Assembly (NCBI RefSeq): GCF_006345805.1
Contig: NC_043000.1
Location: forward strand, 24,738,001 to 24,802,000
DNA from: Octopus sinensis
Lineage: Eukaryota
Direction of reading: 5' to 3'
DNA length: 64,000 nt
Positions within the stretch are counted from its first letter, which is position 1; every line of letters begins with the position of its first letter. The notes beneath the pieces were generated by a model. The model saw only the letters and a list, made by a program, of their open reading frames with translations. It was not told where the DNA came from and ran no database searches. Shown here piece after piece: positions 1 to 12,332 of the stretch. Position numbers and translations under genes: made by a program.

Positions 1-949
1 ATCATAGAACATTTCTATAATTACCCTATTCACATGAAACTAACTATGGCAACAAGCTCAACTCTAACTATTGGCATATTCTGGGGTTCTTTCTTGCTAT
101 ATTTTTCGTAATAGTTGAGCTGGGAAACAGCAAAAAAATAATTCCGATCAACTGGAGATTGCATTGTTTAATTTTTTCCCCTTTCTTCCTGAATAATTTT
201 AACATATTTCCTCTCTTTCTAAATGATTTCAAAGGATTTCCTTTAATTTCCAATATCAAAACAACTAAATTGACTTTGGATACCCATTAAAAACACAAAG
301 ACAGCATATTTCTTTTAAAAAAAAATGAAAACAAGAAAAAAGAAAACAATTTAAAAGAGAATTAATTTTTCTGTTTTAAATTCGCAGTCAAAGGAAATGA
401 AGTGATTAGTAAGACTTTATAGCAATGTAATTCTCTTAAAATTCTGTTAGAGTAGCCATTTTGAAGGAATCAGGAATTAGAGATACAAGAGAAATTACTT
501 ATAGAAGATCCAAGATAAATTCTAATCTCAAAAAATTCAAATTCTTTGGAGAGAAACTTTGCAAGGAAACTGTTTGCCTTTTTTTTTTATGTTGATTTGA
601 AAATATCTACACTTCAAGGCAGAAGAATATATTATATATTCTGTTAAGGAATGAATCGCAGAAAGTTGCAATTGGAAAATAGCAGCTTCTTAATCTTTTT
701 AATCTGCTTAAGCAGAGATTAACTAAATGCAAAACACTCTTGATAAAAGAAATCATGTTTGGCAACAGAAAAAAAATTATGTAAAATTTAGATATTTCTG
801 TAGTTGGGACAAATGCTGTGAGTATATATCAAAGATAACATTTTTTCTTTTTTTACTGTTTATCTTTTAGTTTAAGTCATTGGACTGTGGCCATGCTGGG
901 GCACCACTTTCAAGGGGTTTAGTCAAATGAATTGATCCCCCACCTCATC

Positions 950-1260
950 AGTACACCAGTCTGATTTGGCATGGTTTTCTACGGATGGATGCCCTTCTTA
1001 ACGCCAACCACTCTAACAGTGTAATGGGTGCTTTTATGTGCCACTGGCATGGGTGCCATTTGCGTGACACCAGTATCTGCCGTGACTGATTTTACTTGGC
1101 TTGATGGGTCTTCTTCTCAAGCATGACATGATGCCAAAGGTCTTGGTCATTGCCTCCATGAGGCCCAACACTGGAAAGGAACTCAGCCATTTTGCCTCCA
1201 TGAGGCCCAAAACTCAAAAAGATTCATCCGCTTTGCCTCTGTGAGGCCCAAAGCTGAAAA
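950..1260 (-). mobile_element. Degenerate RTE-LINE 3' fragment (ORF2 end plus 3'UTR)
   Basis: Reverse complement contains gaggcaatgaccaagacctttggc...gaagacccatcaagccaagtaa, homologous to the ORF2 end at 63925-63992, followed by the 3'UTR motif of the other copies. The motif gcctcc/tgtgaggcccaa occurs three times about 42 bp apart. Confidence 0.6.
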
Positions 1261-1477
1261 GTTTCTCTTTATGTGCCAGTTACGTGACACCAGCATTGGC
1301 CATGACTATGATTCCACTTGGCTTGCGGGTCTTCTCAAGCACAGCATCAGTGAAATAACTTTTGCAAGAACCAGAGAGCTGAGGAGTCCTATTCAGCTGC
1401 CACCATTCGCTATTGGATAGTGATCATCTACAGTGTGTAAGTGAGAGGTGTTTATGTCATCATTACAATCAGGAAAA

Positions 1478-1695
1478 AGGCAATGAGCTGGCAGAAACGT
1501 TAGCACGCTGGGCGATATGCTCAGCAGTATTTCGTTTGCCATTACGTTCTGAGTTCAAATTCCGCCAAGGTCGACTTTGCCTTTCATCCTTCTGGGCTCG
1601 ATAAATTAAGTACCAGTTGCATAATGGAGTTGATCTAATTGACTGGCCCCCTCCCTCAAAATTTTGGGCCTTGTACCTAAAGTAGAAAAGAATAT
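1478..1695 (+). mobile_element. tRNA-headed SINE, family B (tail type 1)
   Basis: A-box-like tggcagaaacgttag, B-box-like gagttcaaattcc, and central gtcgactttgcctttcatccttc...ataaattaagtaccag, which resembles the MetaSINE central domain as I recall it. Many copies occur in the window. Confidence 0.75.
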
Positions 1696-1965
1696 AATCA
1701 GGAAAAAAAAAATTTAAGAAAAAAACAAAATGAAAGAGCTGACAGCTCTTTCATTTCTCCTTGTTAATTATTTCATTAATTCCTTGTTAATTATTTGTCA
1801 GCTGATTAGTTATGTATCTTTGCTTTGCATTCATTTCCTTCAGAAGTTGACTTTGCCTTTCACCCATCCAGAATACAAGTCAAGGACTAAGTGGGGGTTT
1901 ACTAAATTAATTGCCCCCTTTTCTTTAATAATGAAACTTTGTACTTATGCTATAAATAAATCAAT

Positions 1966-2290
1966 TCATCATCATCATCGTCATCATCTTTTAACGTCTG
2001 CTTTCCATGCTGGCATGGGTTGGATGGTTTGACTGAGGGCTGGCAAGCCAGAAGGCTGTACCAGGCTCCAATCCAACCTGGCAAAGTTTCTAGTTGGATG
2101 CCCTTCCTAACATCAACTACTCAGAGTGTAGTGGGTGCTTTTTATGAGGGCCAGTCAGGCAGTGCTGGCATTGACCACGCTTGAATGGTGCTTTTCATGT
2201 GCCACGGAGAATGCTCATGCTTGAATGGTGCTTTTTACGTGCCACCAGCATGAGTGCCAATCAGGTGGTACTGTCATTGGCCATGACAAC
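1966..2290 (-). mobile_element. RTE-LINE 3'UTR fragment with (GAT)n tail
   Basis: catcatcat-ctttaacgtctgctttccatgctggcatgggttgg...; same family as 16749-17232. Confidence 0.7.
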
Positions 2291-2437
2291 AATGTAATGA
2301 ATAAAATATATGTCTGGTGCAGCCCTCCAGCTTGCCAGCACTGGTCAAACCATCCAACCCATGCCAGCATGAACAACAGATATGATGATGATGTGTATCA
2401 GCAGCAGCAATGACAGCAACAGACACTTCTACCATTG

Positions 2438-3835
2438 TCTATATATATAAAACTGAGGATGTATGTGTGTGTGTGTGTGTGTGTGGTGTGTGTGTGTGTG
2501 AGTGCGTGCATGCATGTGAGTGTAAGCCCACAGAACTTCTAAAGTTCGAAACTGATTTTCTCCAAACTGGGAACATACATTACTTATGTTCCAGAGATGG
2601 AAAACCCCCTTCCCTGGGTAAACAATACAAACTATCACATGACTTGGTTGCTTCATTGGTTCAAGGGACATTACTCTTGATGACATACTTATGTTAATTT
2701 CCATAACTCTCTATATATTATATTATTTATATATATATAAAATTGAGGATGCATATGTGTGTGCCTGTGTAAACCTGCAGGACTTCTGAAGTTTGCAACT
2801 GATTTAATCCAAACTGAGAACATACATCACTTATGTTCAAGAGATGGTTTTAGACTCTTAAAATTTTTCACATAGAGGCAGAAAACCTTTTGTTCAAACT
2901 GGAAAAAATGGCTACTGAAATGATATGAGTTGGTTGTATTTAATGGATGAACTAATGTAGACTTCAAACTGCATTGTCTAAGTGGTAGCAATAATAGCCT
3001 GTTCGTGTAGTACCATAAGTAGTAGTACCGTAAGTGTAGTACCAAAAAACCGTTGGGAATGCGCCATGTTTATTATGAAAAATATGCTAAATTATGTTAA
3101 ATCCTGAACAACTATTCAAATATTTTCTTTTCACTTCAGTATCAAAGTCTTTCTTCTAAGCATAGACAAAGCACATTCAAATATTCTTCAGCTTTTGATT
3201 ACAAACTGAAATATTGCATGTACATTAACCTATTAATTTATGGTGTTTAAGAACAAACCATGTTAATTAGAGACTGTGTCCTTAATGTGACCTTGTGTGC
3301 CAAGACTCTGCATATAGAATTGTTTCCATTTGGGAGCTAAGTTGTCCTCACAATGGTTGCACTCTGTTTACACAAAGGAGTGCATGGTTGAACCAAATTG
3401 AAATATCACATGACAGTGTTGTTTTCAAGTGCTTCTTTGCTAATCCCTACCCGCATACTATGTCATTTCTTTCATGTAGATTTCTCACATGTGGCGCTCA
3501 CAGGCTTTATTTATCATCTAGATGTAGTTCCTAGGTCTGCTGATTGTTCAGTGTGGTGGTGGCAGCACCAACAGCCACAGAGGAGAGTATATCCACTAAA
3601 AGCTTTTTGGTGCATTCAAAAATCACATAGCCACCACCCACTTTCCCATGACAAGGTTAGGGCCTGGAATCTTCCATACAGACACATGACATGTCACAGT
3701 CGAATTAGCCCTTCATTTACTCTACAAATGTTTTGCAGTCAATGCTGCAATTCCTTGTAACACGTTTCAACTTAACTGTACCATATATACAAACTATGCC
3801 ACTTGAATCCTGAGCAACGTCGGTATCTCTGCTAG
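2438..3835 (+). mobile_element. Probable non-autonomous Helitron-like element with a duplicated 5' head
   Basis: Starts TCtatatatataaaa, followed by (GT)n and aactgattt...ccaaactg, and this head is repeated at about 2730-2850. Ends cctgagcaacgtcggtatctctgCTAG|T, a degenerate hairpin plus CTAG-T typical of Helitron 3' ends. Linking the two ends into one element is inferred. Confidence 0.45.
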
Positions 3836-3926
3836 TTGCTACTAAAACACTAAACAGTCATCAACAAAATCAATAATATTAATAATAATAATGATACATA
3901 CATACATACATACATACATACATACA

Positions 3927-5102
3927 CTGGAAGCTATGCCAACACTATGGAATAACAACAGAAAAAAGATGGTATAAGCACACGCCAGAAAAGGTCACAG
4001 AAAAAGAGAAAGCAACAATATTCTGGGATATGACAATACACACAGAGAAATTAAAGCCAACAGACCAGATATAGTTGTCAGAGATCATGAAGAAAAAACT
4101 GATGTATTAATACCAGCAGATGACAACATTTCTCTAAAAGAAATGGAGAAACTTTCAAAATACAAATATCTGGAAATAGAGTTAACTCGAATGTGGAATC
4201 TAAAAACAGAAACAATTCCTATCATAGTAGGCACATTAAGTATGATAAAAAATATTCAAAAAAATGCATAACAAAAACACCAGGACTTACAAATATATAT
4301 AACATACAGAAAATTGCACTACTGGGCACTGCATACATCCTATGCAAAACACTTTCAATACAGTAACCATCAGAGCATCACAACAAAACACAGCACATAC
4401 CCAAGGCACACAGGGCTGTGCTCGGTAGTGAAGTGAAAGCATGTTATAAAAATAAAACTACTGAACGATAATAATAATAATAATAAGGAAATAGAGGTAA
4501 CTCGAATGTGGAATCTAAAAACAGAAACAATTCCTATCATAGTAGGCACATTAAGTATGATAAAAAATATTCAAAAAAATGCATAACAAAAACACCAGGA
4601 CTTACAATATATATAACATACAGAAAATTGCACTACTGGGCACTGCATACATCCTATGCAAAACACTTTCAATACAGTAACCATCAGAGCATCACAACAA
4701 AACACAGCACATACCCAAGGCACACAGGGCTGCGCTCGGTAGTGAAGTGAAAGCATGTTATAAAAATAAAACTACTGAACGATAATAATAATAATAATAA
4801 GGAAATAGAGGTAACTCGAATGTGGAATCTAAAAACAAACAATTCCTATCATAGTAGGCGCATTAGGTATGATAAAAAAAAATATTCAGACAAATTCATA
4901 ACAAAAACACCAGGACTTACAAATATATATAACATACAGAAAATTGCACTACTAGGCACTGCACACATCCTACGCAAAACACTTTCAATACAGTAACCAT
5001 AAGAGCATCACTGCAAACCACAGTACATACTCAAGGCACACAGAGTTGCGCTCGGTAGCTAAGTGAAAGCACGCTATAAAAATAAAACTACTGAATAATA
5101 AT
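3927..5102 (+). mobile_element. R4/Dong-like (restriction-like endonuclease) non-LTR retrotransposon 3' end, with the last ~315 bp triplicated
   Basis: The broken frame reads LCQHYGITTEKRWYKHTPEKV..IFWDMTIH..KANRPDIVVRD..PADDNISLKEMEKLSKYK.LEIE.TRMW..IPIIVG.L..QKIALLGTA.IL.KTLSIQ*, a PD-(D/E)xK RLE domain. Units start at 4172, 4487 and 4801, each ending in (AAT)n. Confidence 0.8.
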
Positions 5103-5670
5103 TGACAAAAGGTAGCATGGTGGTATAAGGAAATAAAAGACAAACAAAAATTCAGATTCTTCAAATGAACATTAAAAGGGAGAAAACAATTCGCAAATAA
5201 AGGGAAATATGTGATTGAGGGTTAAATTAGAGAGCTCTCTTATTTTTTTAGCAAAAGCTAACATCATAGAGGTTAAATGGTAGTTTGATTTTGGTTGGAG
5301 GCATAATTAGCTGTCAATTAAGATGAAGAGAATTGATTTATAATGAATTAAAAGAAGAAAATGAAACACAAAACAAAAAAAAAATTAAAAAAATTGCAAT
5401 GACATTTTTTGTTCAGACATAAACTTTTTGTAAAGAACCATAGAAGTACTGCAATAAATCCCATACTCTTGTGTGTGTGTGTGCACCTGTGTGTGTGTGT
5501 GTGCACCTGTGTGTGTGTGTATATGTGTGTGTGTGGAGAGAGAGAGATAGAGATAGAGAGAGATTAGTTGTGCATAAAAGCATTGTATTTATATCATTGA
5601 CAGATGGAATACTATAGCTGCTGGAACTACCAGTTCACATGATCTTCCCCTGCTCGGGCATATATAAATA

Positions 5671-6169
5671 TTGGGTCATCCGATGTAAATGTGGGTTTTT
5701 TTCCAATTGCATGAACTAGAAGTCGGAGGTGGATGGCATAAACTACCTGCATCAATTTGCTATAAAAGCAGGTAGTAATTTTACCTTGTATTTATTCCTC
5801 AGGATAATGCTCAGCCACATACAGCGAGGAGACATTCCAAAGGCTGGAGCAGTTTGAATCGGAAACGATGCCCCACCCACTATATTCGCCAAACATTGCT
5901 CCAGCTGATAATCATTTATTTCACGGTCTTCAAAATCATTTGGGTGGAAAAAATATGAATTCTGTAGATGAGGTCAGAACAGTATTGGAGGAATACTTTT
6001 CATCACAGACAAGTGAATTTTGGAAGAGGGGCTCTGCAAGTCTACTAGAAAGATGGAAGAGCATTGGAGAAAATGAAGGAGAGTATATTTTAGATTAAAA
6101 AAGAACTTTATTTTAATTTTGAAAAATAAAAGAAGTATAAAAGAACCACATTTTTATGGGATGACCCAA
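5671..6169 (+). mobile_element. Internally deleted mariner (DD34D) transposon
   Basis: TIRs ttgggtcatccgatgtaaatgtgg and ccacatttttatgggatgacccaa, flanked by TA on both sides. The residual transposase reads QDNAQPH...PHPLYSPNIAPADNHLFHGLQNHL...RW (ORF 5868-6098). Confidence 0.9.
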
Positions 6170-6589
6170 TATATAACTTATAAAGGGAAGTCAAATTCAT
6201 GTCATGTTACAAACATTTCAGTGAACGAATGCTATTTATTTCATATTACAAACAAACTTATGCAATATGCGCAGTAAATTTATACACAAATTGAATAAAT
6301 TTGCATATGATATAGAATAAATGGTGTTTGCTCACTAAAATCTATGTAACATTGATTTCGCATCTCTTTTTCTCGATTAAAATTGTTGTTATTCCACTCT
6401 GTGTGGATTATAATGTATGATATTCATGCCTCAGATTGACAAAAAAGGTCCACTCATTCTTTGGTTAATTAAAAGGGATAACATTTATATCACTATTTGA
6501 ACACTATACTAGCCAAGCTCTTGCAGCAAGTGCTACAGAGGTGGCTGTCTGAATCTTATCTATCCCCTCATATATATATATATATATTT

Positions 6590-6999
6590 TATTTCTTTAT
6601 TGCCAACAAGGGGCTAAACATAGAGGGGACAAATAAGGACAAACAAAGGGATTAACTCGATTACAACGACCCCAGTGCGTAACTGGTACTTAATTTATCG
6701 ACCCCAAAAAGATGAAAGGACAAGTCAACCTTGGCAGAATTTGAACTCAGAACATAGCGGCAGACAAAATACCTATTTCTTTACAACCCACAAGGGGCTA
6801 AACACAGAGGGATCAAACAAGGGCATACAAACGGATTAAGTTGATTATGTTGACCCCAGAGTGAAACTGGTACTTATTTAATTGACACCAAAAGGATGAA
6901 AGGCAAAGTCGATCTTGGTGGAATTTGAACTCAGAATGTAATGGCAGACGAAATACCGCTAAGCATTTCGCCCGGTGTGCTAACGTTTCTACCAGCTCA
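6590..6999 (-). mobile_element. Family B SINE, dimeric form
   Basis: Two ~195-bp monomers joined at gaaatag|gtattttgtctgcc (minus strand). The same junction occurs at about 35360 and 47540. Confidence 0.75.
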
Positions 7000-7018
7000 A
7001 TATATATATGTATATATT

Positions 7019-7250
7019 TAGGGAGAATTCACAAAAAAACAAAAGACAAAGACAGGTGGTGTAGACAACAAACTGATATCTTAGTTTAACACTCGGGAAG
7101 TGAAAAAGTCTTTAACGTTTCGAGCCTACGCTCTTCCATAGAAAGGAACAGAAAGAAACAAGGAGAAAAAATAAAGAACGTGTAGTGGCTAGCGATCTAT
7201 CATGGCGAATGCCAGACAGTCGGGTCACACAAGAGAGCTAGGAAGAAGAG
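7019..7250 (-). mobile_element. Penelope-like terminal repeat (family P1) embedded in (TA)n
   Basis: Homologous to 12701-12925, to the degenerate copy at 7915-8055 and to the fragment at 45725-45768. Flanked by (TA)n and contains a hammerhead-like fold. Confidence 0.6.
7110..7145 (-). ncRNA. Degenerate minimal hammerhead ribozyme (P1 copy 1)
   Basis: Minus strand: cttt-CTATGGA-a-GAGC gtag GCTC-GAAAC-GT-T-aaag. Stems I, II and III are present, but the core deviates at G5 and A6. Confidence 0.4.
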
Positions 7251-7252
7251 TG

Positions 7253-7297
<45 letters not shown>

Positions 7298-7305
7298 TCT
7301 TTTAC

Positions 7306-7900
7306 TTGTTTCAGTTGTTTGACTGTGGCCATGCTGGAGCACTGCCTTTAGTTGAGCAAATCAACCCCAGAACTTATTCTTTGTAAGCCTAGTACTTATT
7401 CTATCGGTCTCTTTTGCTGAACCACTAAGTTACGGGGACGTAAACACACCACCATCAGTTGTCAAGCGATGTTGGGAGGACAAACACAGACACACAAACA
7501 TATACACACACACACATAGTCAGTTGAGGTGTTTTCTGTTAAGAATATATAAGAGTAGAAATAGAGCTCATTCACCCTTATAATTTCCAAATGAACTTAA
7601 CTTTAAACCCTGTATATAAGGGAATCTGTATGTATCAAAACATTTGTAGCGATTAAGAAGCTGCCTAACCATACTTACTCTTCCTTTTGACTCTTCCTTT
7701 TTACACACACATACACATATATATACATATACACAATGGGCTTCTTTCAGTTTCCAACTACCAAATCCACTCACAAGGCTTTGGTCAGCCCTAGGCTATA
7801 GTAGAAGACACTTGCCCAAGGTGCCATGCAGTGGGACTGAAACTGGAACCATGTGGTTGGTAAGCAAGCTGCTTACTAAACAGCCACTTCTGCACCTATA
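7306..7900 (-). mobile_element. tRNA-headed SINE family A, interrupted at its internal microsatellite
   Basis: Reverse complement matches the full copy at 41773-42181. About 170 bp of unrelated sequence lies at 7520-7690. Confidence 0.75.
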
Positions 7901-8054
7901 TATAGTTTAAATTTATAGAAAAACAAAAGACAAAGACAGGTGTAGGGACAATAAGCAACTGTATTAGTTTGATGCAGGAGAAAAATGGAAAAGTTTTTTA
8001 CATTTCAAACCTATACTCTTTGATAGAAAAGAATAGGAGGAAATAAATAGAGAA

Positions 8055-8421
8055 GGTTTCGGGTTCAGTCCCACTGCGTGGCACCTTGGGCAAGTGTCTT
8101 CTACTATAGCCTAGGGCCGACCAAAGCCTTGTGAGTGGATTTGGTAGACGGAAACTGAAAGAAGCCCGTTGTATATATGTATATATATATATATATATAT
8201 GCATGTGTGTTTGTGTGTCTGTGTTTGTCCCCCTAGCTTGCTTGACAACCGATGCTGGTGTGTTTATGTCCCCGTTACTTAGCGGTTCGGCAAAAGAGAC
8301 CGATAGAATAAGTACTGGGCTTACAAAAGAATAAGTACCGGGGTCGAGTTGCTCGATTAAAGGCGGTGCTCCAGCATAGCCGCAGTCAAATGACTGAAAC
8401 AAGTAAAAGAGTAAAGAGTAA
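8055..8421 (+). mobile_element. SINE family A, 5'-truncated
   Basis: gggttcagtcccactgcgtggcacc...(TA)n(TG)n...gcagtcaaatgactgaaacaagtaaaagagta tail. Confidence 0.8.
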
Positions 8422-8804
8422 GGAATGAAAAAACGTGTAGAGTTCAGAGGTCCAACATGGCAAATATATGTGTGTGTGCATATGTAAATGTTGAATGATG
8501 AAAATGAGTGCTCAACACCACATTGGTGGATAGAGTTTCTTTATTTGAGAATTTAGGCTACCATTGGTTCCATGTTAAGAAAAATAGGAAAACATCTTAG
8601 CATTTTCTCAAGCTGATCATATGGAGGAATGGTGTTTGTCTCCATTTTGGATAAACACAATGTCTTGTTGAATAAAAGAATACATAATGATACGATTGGA
8701 GCCTGGTGTAGCCTACTGGCTTGCCAGTCCTCAGGCAAACTGTCCAACCCATGCTAGCATGGAAAACAGATGATGATGATGATGTGTGTGTATATATATA
8801 TGTA

Positions 8805-9114
8805 CATATGGCCTCATATTAAACTCTGTTGGACTTTTGGATTTTACTCAAAGGATATTGGAATATTACACATATATACCATTATGCCTATAAAACGGAT
8901 TTACGAATTCAATAACCATACAAATCTTACATCTATTTTCTTTCCTCCACCTCACTCTCTATTTCTATCACATCGAAACTAACTATGACTTAATTTTTCC
9001 TCTCACACTGTCTCCGATGAAGGGATATTATTAATAAATATCCTAGAAACAGCTGTAAGACCTATCTATAAATGCTCTATACAGCCTTGGTTTTTTATCT
9101 CATTACGCAAAAAA

Positions 9115-9118
<4 letters not shown>
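8805..9118 (+). mobile_element. Penelope-like terminal repeat (family P2) between TA-rich tracts
   Basis: Bounded by TA-rich tracts and contains a complete hammerhead fold at 9010-9061. No similarity to P1 outside the ribozyme core. Confidence 0.55.
9010..9061 (+). ncRNA. Minimal type I hammerhead ribozyme (U4C core variant)
   Basis: gtct-CCGATGA-a-gggatatt attaata aatatcct-a-GAAAC-agct-GT-A-agac. Stem I is gtct/agac, stem II is 8 bp, stem III is the perfect palindrome ACAGCTGT, and the cleavage triplet is GUA. Confidence 0.7.
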
Positions 9119-9152
<34 letters not shown>

Positions 9153-9523
9153 ATTTTAAGGAGAATGCATAAGTTATGGTCCTTAAGAGTACTATATTTA
9201 AATCTCACTTTTTTTGGCACACAGTACAGTGTCTGCTTATTAATGATATATGCTATTGTATAAAACACCATTTGTGTTAGAAAGGGAAAGACATTAGTAA
9301 AATATTTTGCAAGAAAAGTGCCAAAGTGAATACAAATTATAGTTGACAAAATTAATGACAAATGTGTCTTTCCACTCAGTGAGAGTTGAAATAATATTTT
9401 CTACATTGACTAATATCACAGAAAGAAAAGAGAATTGTTCTAGATGAGAAACTTTCAGTGTGAATGCACTTTTATAAATAAAAGATGACCTTGAAACAAT
9501 ACCATGCAAAAGACAAATGATTT

Positions 9524-9890
9524 CATCATCATCATCATTTATCGTTCGTTTTCCATGATGGTATGGGTTGGAAGGTTTGACTGTGGACTGGCAAACCAGG
9601 AGACTGCACCAGGCTCCACTCTGATCTGGCACAGTTTCTATGGTTGGATGCTCTTCCTAATGCCAACCACTCCGAGAGTGTAGTGGGTGCTTTTTACGCA
9701 CCACTTGCACAGGAGCCAGTCGGTGGGCTCTGGCATTGACCACATTCAGATGGTGCTTTTCATGTGCCACCAGCAAGGGAGCCAGTCGGTGGGCACTGGC
9801 ATCAACTACGTTTGCATAGTGCTTTTATGCATCACCGGCATGTGGAGCCAGTTGGGCAGCACTAGCATCGACTTACACTCAAATGTGCCA
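9524..9890 (-). mobile_element. RTE-LINE 3'UTR fragment with several internal subrepeats
   Basis: (CAT)n tail, then tttccatgatggtatgggttgg..., then repeated ggtgctttt..gtgccacc..gcactggcat units. Confidence 0.7.
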
Positions 9891-9986
9891 CAATAATAAA
9901 ATATTCCCCTGGCTTAAATATTGCTCATGCATCTTTGACAGAGGGAGCAGAGATAGAAAACAAAAAGCCATTCAGTTGACAGTTAT

Positions 9987-10934
9987 CCTTTCGTTACCAA
10001 CCTGGCTGAAACCACCTCTGGCTCGGTAGTACAAATATCTTGTTTTCATAGGTTCTGAATTAAAATCTTCCACCAAACCTTAGTCACAATTTATGTTCCT
10101 AACACTAGCTCAATGATAACTAAATTATTTTACTAAATTCTATGTTATATTTGAAATTAATTGAAAGAAACACAGAGCATCTCAACAGAAATATGGTAAC
10201 AAAAGGGTTTCAAGTCACCATGATATTTTTAACCTTTTTGATACCAACCTAGATAAAACTGGCTCTGGCTCTCAGTACAAATGTTTTGTTTTCAAAAGTT
10301 CTGAATTAAAATCTTCCACCAAACCTTAGTCGCAATTTATGTTTCTAACACCAGCTTAATGGTAACTAAGTTATTTTTCTAAATTCTTTGTTATATTTAA
10401 AGTAATTGAAAGAAAAACAGAGCATCTCAACAGAAATATAGTAACAAAAGGGTTAACAAATGATTAATTTAACCCTTTTGATACCAATCCAGCTGAAACC
10501 ACCTCTGGCTCTGTGGTACAAATGTCTTGTTTTCATGAGTTCTGAATTAAAGTCTACCAAACTTTAGTCACAATTTATGTTCCTAACACTAGCTTAATGA
10601 TAACTAAGTTATTTTACTAAATTCTTTGTTATATTTAAAACTAATTGAAAGAAACACAGAGCATCTCAACAGAAATATGATAACAAAAGGGTTTCAAGTC
10701 AACATGATACTTTTAACCCTTTTGATACCAACCTGGCTGAAACTGGCTCTGGCTCTGTAGTACAAATGTCTTGTTTCCAAAAGTTCTGAATTAAAATCCT
10801 CCACCAAACCTTAGTCACAATTTATGTTCCTAACACTAGCTGAATGATAAAGTTATTTTACTAAATTCTTTGTTATATTTAAAGTAATAGAAAGAAACAC
10901 AAAGCATCTTAGAATAAATACAGTAACAAAAGGG
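9987..10934. mobile_element. Four tandem copies of a ~220-bp piggyBac-type MITE
   Basis: Units at 9987-10207, 10233-10452, 10473-10691 and 10717-10934. Each has TIRs CCCTTTTG(A/T)TACC...GGTAACAAAAGGG and TTAA or near-TTAA flanks. Confidence 0.8.
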
Positions 10935-12332
10935 TTTAAGTCTTCAGTTTTGTATACCACTCTTCAATTGCAAAGTGACAATAAAAAAAAAAATTCCTAT
11001 TTCTTTTCTCTGCCATCACTTCTACAATGGTTTTGTAACTTACAGATTTTATACTTCAATTACCTAAACACCATCTACTTCTTTACTGACAATTACTTCC
11101 TTTAAATTCTTCATTTCATACTCAATTTTCTCAATTTTGTAGATTTACACTTCTTTGAAGCACTCACCATTCCTGTCCATGAATAACATACATTAATCTA
11201 CAATTCAAATAAAGGAACATTACCCATTCGTCTTATTTTCAAAATCTAAAAAGATCGAAGAAGTCTCTTGGTACTGTCCATCATCATTAGATAAGCTAAC
11301 AAATGAAATCTTTGGTGTTATGTGAACAAATAACTTGATGCTTGCAAAAGATAAACTTACCTGAGTGTTCTTGTTATGGCAATAAACAACGAGAGATCAG
11401 AGTTTATTGAAAGGGACGTTTCGTAATTCAAAATATTTGAAATGAAGGGGAAACATATATCTCCAGAAGATTTAAGATTAGAATCGGCAGAGACAAAATC
11501 AGCTTCAAGTGAAATGTTGGTGACATAAACATATACACATATTCCAAAGTCTCGTGTACGTTATGAAAGAGACAACAGTGTTAGAGTCTTTATACAGAGT
11601 GTTAATTAAGTCATTAGCAGCAAATTTCTAATCATATGCCTGCTGATAGGAATGTAACTTTAGCCAAACCACAAAGATATCATGACTAATTTTACAACTA
11701 ATGACAAGAATTAGATTGCACTGAGAAAACAAAAAGCAGAATATATATTCGGTAAACAATGTATTATATGAACAAATAGTAATATAACAATAAATAAATA
11801 ATTCAAATACAGACATTTTGTTTTTTATCATGAAATCAACACTGTTATTATCACTAATGTAAGATCAATTTCCCAATTTTGGCACAGATTGTTTAGTTCT
11901 GAGTCTTCTAACTGCTCTTTCTTTGACCCTCATTAGCATTTTCTTTCAGGGTGAGGTTGAGAGATTAGTTATCTCCCCACCTCATCTTCCAAGTCATTTG
12001 ATATTTTTTTTTAAATTTTCTCTTCAGACAATTTTTAAGAATCAAAAGATTGTTGAAGATTGTGCACAAAGTAATTAGAAAGTAAACGAGTAAGGATTTG
12101 AATACAGGATCGGCAGTTGGCTTTAACTTCTAATGCTTGCTGTCTCAGTATTTCTAATTGACAATATAATTATTACACATTTGCATTTTTTAATGGGACA
12201 AAACATTTTATACTTTCAACAGACCCTGCATCAACGACAGAACACAAACCAACTCTCTTATATCATCATTTAGATATATGTATATCTAAATGTGTGTGTG
12301 TGTGTATGTATACATATGTATATACATATATC

